A stretch of DNA of 64,000 nucleotides. Origin: an uncultured Saprospiraceae bacterium (GTDB taxonomy: Bacteria > Bacteroidota > Bacteroidia > Chitinophagales > Saprospiraceae). A program made the position numbers and the translations under genes. The DNA lies in the NCBI GenBank assembly GCA_964410725.1, contig CAYPID010000002.1, forward strand, positions 118,867 through 182,866, read 5' to 3'. The notes below the pieces were generated by a model. It searched no databases, had not been told where the DNA came from, and saw nothing but the letters and a program-made list of their open reading frames with translations. Shown in pieces: positions 60,397 to 64,000 of the stretch (positions are counted from its first letter, which is position 1; every line of letters begins with the position of its first letter).

Positions 60397-61354
60397 ACAG
60401 CCACAATATTATAGCTGAAAGGATTAGGGCCTGATTCGACAAAATCTTATGAGCCAACAAAAAATAAACAAAAGTGCCAGCGCTCATTCCAGTTAATAAT
60501 AAGACGACCATCTTCGACGATTTCAGCCTTAATGAAAACTCGTAATGGAGGTGGCTTTTATCGCCATTTAAAGGCGATTTTTTGTTAATTATTCTTTTGC
60601 AAATAACTCTAATGGCATCAAATACTGGAAAAAAGACCAGTCCCAATATTAACAAATAAGGATTACTCACCTTAAATGAGTGATTAATTTCCAATAACTC
60701 ATTTAATTGGACCATTCTGGAGAACAACAAACAAATCAATAATGCGGAAATTAATATCCCAGAATCTCCTAGATAAATTTTTGCTCGACCCCAATTGAAA
60801 GGCAGAAAACCCAAAATCGAACCCGATAGAACCATTGCTATAGAAGCATAAAAATTATCTCCTGCATTAAATAACCACCATCCACAAATGCTGGAAATAG
60901 CCACCACAAAAACACTAGCTAATCCATCAATTCCGTCAATAAAATTAAATGCGTTTACCAAAAATAAATAAAGGAAAACTGCAACAAAAACCTCGACAAT
61001 TAAAGCCAATCTCCCCCAATCCTCGTATTCTATAACAACCCATCGATACCCCCCAACAAATATCAGGTAGGTAAACAAACAAAATTCAAATAGCAATCTC
61101 CATTTCGCGGAAATAGGACGCAAATCATCCAATAAAGCTGCCACAAATAAAAGGGCTACTACAGAAAAAATAAGCGCTGTGTTTTCACTGCCCGATATTG
61201 GAGACATAAAAAATACGGCAAGCGTTCCAAATATAGCCATACCTCCCATAGGAGGAATACCTTTTTGTTGACCCATTGCTCGAATGATAATAGGGAGGAG
61301 AACGAAAGATATCCCAAATGATGCAATACCTAAAAAAGCAAAACTCCAAGGCAT
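60332..61354 (-). CDS. MraY/WecA-family polyprenyl-phosphate HexNAc-1-phosphate transferase (GT4 family)
   Basis: 340 aa, polytopic, with the diagnostic NAFNFIDGIDGLA motif and LDDLRPISAKWRL. It lies 3 nt downstream of the M3 peptidase gene. Confidence 0.85.
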   Translation of the reverse strand: MPWSFAFLGIASFGISFVLLPIIIRAMGQQKGIPPMGGMAIFGTLAVFFMSPISGSENTALIFSVVALLFVAALLDDLRPISAKWRLLFEFCLFTYLIFVGGYRWVVIEYEDWGRLALIVEVFVAVFLYLFLVNAFNFIDGIDGLASVFVVAISSICGWWLFNAGDNFYASIAMVLSGSILGFLPFNWGRAKIYLGDSGILISALLICLLFSRMVQLNELLEINHSFKVSNPYLLILGLVFFPVFDAIRVICKRIINKKSPLNGDKSHLHYEFSLRLKSSKMVVLLLTGMSAGTFVYFLLAHKILSNQALILSAIILWLFTTQWLLWRIPLRKKMQSGIN

Positions 61355-61357
61355 TTT

Positions 61358-63064
61358 TTAATGATTAGTAAACAAATCTTGTTCTTTAGCTGTCAGCCAT
61401 TCTCGTAAATAATCAACGACATTATCGAAAGCACTTTGTTCAAATGGAGAATCCAGACCTGCTTTCTTTACTATTCCCAAAAAAGACTCACTTCCTCCTA
61501 TAGAACAAATGTCAACATAATTTTTCCAAGCTTTCTCGTGGTCCTCAGCATTCATCCTCCAAAATTGAAAAGCACAAATCTGTGCTAAAGCATAGTCAAT
61601 ATAATAGAATGGGACGGAAAATAAATGCGTTTGCCTAATCCAAAAAGTTCCCTTTTCAAGGAAAGATTGTTCACCGTACTTGCGATGTGGCAAATATTTT
61701 TGTTCGATTTCGCGCCAAGCTGCATATCGATCACTTTGGGTACAATCAGGGTGTAAATAAACAAAATGCTGGAATTCGTCTATCGCAGCTCCATACGGTA
61801 AAAATTTAATTGCATTAGCAATATGCCCAAACTGATATTGCGCCGCCTTTTCTCCAAAAAACAAGGGCATCCAAGGCATAGTGAAAAGCTCCATACTCAT
61901 AGAGTGAATTTCACAGGCTTCATAGGTTGGCCAAATATATTCACTAATTAAAGCATCACCACTTTTGTACACTTGAAAAGCATGCCCTGCCTCATGGGTC
62001 AGGACATCCATATCCCCGCTGGTTCCGTTAAAATTCGAAAAAATAAAAGGCACCTTTTGATTCTCAATAAAAGTACAATAACCTCCTGTTGCCTTACCTG
62101 GACGGCTTTTCAAATCCATCAACCCTTGATTCTTCATCATTTGAAAAAATGAATGAGTCTCTGGTGAAAGTTCTGCATACATTTTTTCAGCTTGCTCTAC
62201 AATCCAGTCCTCTTCCCCAAGTGGAGAAGGATTTCCATCTTCAAATTGAAATCCTTCATCATAAAATTGCAGGGATTCTAGTCCTAATCGCTGTCTTTGT
62301 TTTTCATATATCTCCGTTGCTAAAGGAACTATTTTTACCCTAATGAACTCCCTGAATCGTTGAACATCACCTGCGTCATAATCCGATCTTAACATTCTTT
62401 GATATCCCAATTCTACAAAATTATTAAACCCTAATTTCTGAGCAGTCCTATGCCTTACTTTTACCAATTGGTCAAAAATTGAGGCCACCTTTTCCTCTTG
62501 CTGTTCAAAAAAATTCCATTTAGCAAAGGCTGCATCTCTTCGCTCCTTTCGGTCTTTACTTACCTCGTACTTCTGAATAGTAGATAAATTCAGTTTTTCA
62601 CCTTTGAATAATATTTCAGCAGATGCTTGTACTTTGACATATTCGGATACCAATTTATTTTCTTCTTGCATCTCCGGGACAATTGAGGTATCAAAAGTTT
62701 TGATGGCAGAAGCAGCAATTGCCATTAATTGAGAGCCAAAATATTTTTCTATTTCCTTCTTATGCAAAGAAGTTAGAAGGTTCTGATAAAAAGTATGATC
62801 TAGATTTGCTAGACTCGGTCCAACAAAATCAAAGTGCTGGTGCTCTTCCTCATAAAAAGCATCCTTGGTATCAATGGTATGCCTTATATGACTGATGGTT
62901 CGCATCGAGCCATATTGTTTGCGATGCTCATTAATTTTCAAAATGATGTTAATCTGCTCTTCACCAGTGTCCGCCGATTCAAATGCAGTTAATAATTCTT
63001 GATATTTCGCTGTATAATCATCACTATCCGGTCTTTGATATGGGAAATCTTTAAAGTTATTCAT
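61358..63064 (-). CDS. M3-family oligoendopeptidase (PepF-like)
   Basis: The track ORF starts at TTG 63085. The first ATG is 63064 (MNNFKDFPYQRPD...), and a -7 box overlaps the TTG. The zinc motif HEAGHAF is present. Confidence 0.85.
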   Translation of the reverse strand: MNNFKDFPYQRPDSDDYTAKYQELLTAFESADTGEEQINIILKINEHRKQYGSMRTISHIRHTIDTKDAFYEEEHQHFDFVGPSLANLDHTFYQNLLTSLHKKEIEKYFGSQLMAIAASAIKTFDTSIVPEMQEENKLVSEYVKVQASAEILFKGEKLNLSTIQKYEVSKDRKERRDAAFAKWNFFEQQEEKVASIFDQLVKVRHRTAQKLGFNNFVELGYQRMLRSDYDAGDVQRFREFIRVKIVPLATEIYEKQRQRLGLESLQFYDEGFQFEDGNPSPLGEEDWIVEQAEKMYAELSPETHSFFQMMKNQGLMDLKSRPGKATGGYCTFIENQKVPFIFSNFNGTSGDMDVLTHEAGHAFQVYKSGDALISEYIWPTYEACEIHSMSMELFTMPWMPLFFGEKAAQYQFGHIANAIKFLPYGAAIDEFQHFVYLHPDCTQSDRYAAWREIEQKYLPHRKYGEQSFLEKGTFWIRQTHLFSVPFYYIDYALAQICAFQFWRMNAEDHEKAWKNYVDICSIGGSESFLGIVKKAGLDSPFEQSAFDNVVDYLREWLTAKEQDLFTNH

Positions 63065-63082
63065 CTGTAATATTTGTTGCTC

Positions 63083-63090
63083 CAAAAATA
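63083..63090 (-). promoter_or_regulatory. Candidate -7 box (M3 peptidase - WecA-like operon)
   Basis: Plus-strand CAAAAATA equals TATTTTTG on the minus strand, 18 nt upstream of ATG 63064. Confidence 0.35.
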
Positions 63091-63138
63091 CTATGGTTTA
63101 AATTGTCAGTCAATGTCGGGCAAAACCATTAGTTTTCT

Positions 63139-63146
63139 TAATTTTG
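63139..63146 (+). promoter_or_regulatory. Candidate -7 box (uppS)
   Basis: TAATTTTG, 74 nt before ATG 63221. Confidence 0.3.
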
Positions 63147-63220
63147 TTGGAATTTTTGAAAAATCATTCTGCCGAATCAACTAAGCCTGCTTCGGTACAA
63201 TAAATTCACCAGATGTGATT

Positions 63221-63970
63221 ATGAATCAGGAGTTGAAATCAAAAATTGATTTTACCAATTTACCACGGCACATAGCTGTGATAATGGACGGCAATGGTAG
63301 GTGGGCCAAGTCACAAGGAAAACCTCGAGTTTTTGGGCATAAAAACGGCGTTAAAGCAGTTCGAGATACTACCGAAGCTGCTGCAGAACTGGGAATTGAA
63401 TATCTTACACTATATGCCTTTTCAACGGAAAACTGGTCAAGGCCAAAATTAGAAGTCAATGCCTTAATGGCCCTGCTCGTAGAAACACTGCATAACGAAA
63501 TTAAGACGCTCAATAAAAACAACATAAAGCTTAAAACCATCGGCGCAATCGAAAATATGCCAGAAAAGACTTATAAGGCACTTTTAGACGGGATAGAATC
63601 TACTTCTGGTAATACAGGAATGACCCTCACATTAGCCCTGAATTATAGTGCACGTTGGGAAATAACCAAAGCGCTTCAATCCATCGTCCAAAAAGTCCAA
63701 AATGGCCAACTTTTTCCCTCGGATTTATCAGAAGAATTAATCAATAATACCTTAGAAACCCAAAACCTCCCTGACCCCGAACTACTCATCAGGACCAGTG
63801 GTGAATTCAGAGTTAGCAATTTCATGTTGTGGCAATTAGCATACACTGAATTGTATTTTTCTCCTGTATTTTGGCCTGATTTTGGAAAAGCAGACCTTTG
63901 TAACGCCATAATTGATTTTCAAAAAAGAGAACGTCGATTTGGAAAAATAAGTGAACAAATACCCTCCTAA
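63221..63970 (+). CDS. uppS: Undecaprenyl diphosphate synthase (cis-isoprenyl transferase)
   Basis: The track start is GTG 63215, and an ATG follows at 63221. Motifs: HIAVIMDGNGRWA, LTLYAFSTENW, RTSGEFRVSNFMLWQLAYTELYF. Confidence 0.95.
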   Translation: MNQELKSKIDFTNLPRHIAVIMDGNGRWAKSQGKPRVFGHKNGVKAVRDTTEAAAELGIEYLTLYAFSTENWSRPKLEVNALMALLVETLHNEIKTLNKNNIKLKTIGAIENMPEKTYKALLDGIESTSGNTGMTLTLALNYSARWEITKALQSIVQKVQNGQLFPSDLSEELINNTLETQNLPDPELLIRTSGEFRVSNFMLWQLAYTELYFSPVFWPDFGKADLCNAIIDFQKRERRFGKISEQIPS

Positions 63971-64000
63971 ATAAACTTATTGGTAATCTACCAACGTTCA

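Overview
AT-rich, very gene-dense chromosomal segment. By my tally only about 2 kb of the 64 kb is non-coding. It looks like a member of Bacteroidota: it has a T9SS C-terminal sorting domain, SprB-type and HYR-like repeats, a GldH-like lipoprotein, a PorV/PorQ-like barrel, TAnnTTTG -7 promoter boxes and a split atpBEFHAG operon. I call 46 CDS, and most are housekeeping. They cover replication and repair (ruvC, dnaX, a UvrD-type helicase-nuclease), transcription and translation (greA, ettA, mnmG), chaperones (grpE-dnaJ), F-type ATP synthase, metabolism (carB, nadE, gpmI, hpt, uppS, a fused E1 dehydrogenase) and cell envelope (PBP1A, OmpA-family protein, Wzx/Wzz/Wzy-like/WecA-like genes). I saw no rRNA, tRNA, CRISPR array, transposase, integrase or phage genes, and no obvious defence island. 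The items most worth a second look are these. (1) A tightly linked outer-membrane triad at 3922-12624: a SusD-less TonB-dependent-type receptor, a 1324-aa orphan secreted protein with a CTD-like end, and a PorV/PorQ-like barrel. (2) An A10 slippery run in dnaX at the domain III boundary, with stop codons in both alternative frames. (3) A 1936-aa T9SS adhesin with an unassigned N-terminal region and an insertion inside one HYR-like module. (4) A helicase-nuclease with a Cys-cluster nuclease domain directly downstream of dnaX. (5) All seven convergent gene junctions overlap or are 5 bp apart, and only one intrinsic terminator is visible in the window. All function calls come from reading motifs in the translated ORFs, and no database search was possible.
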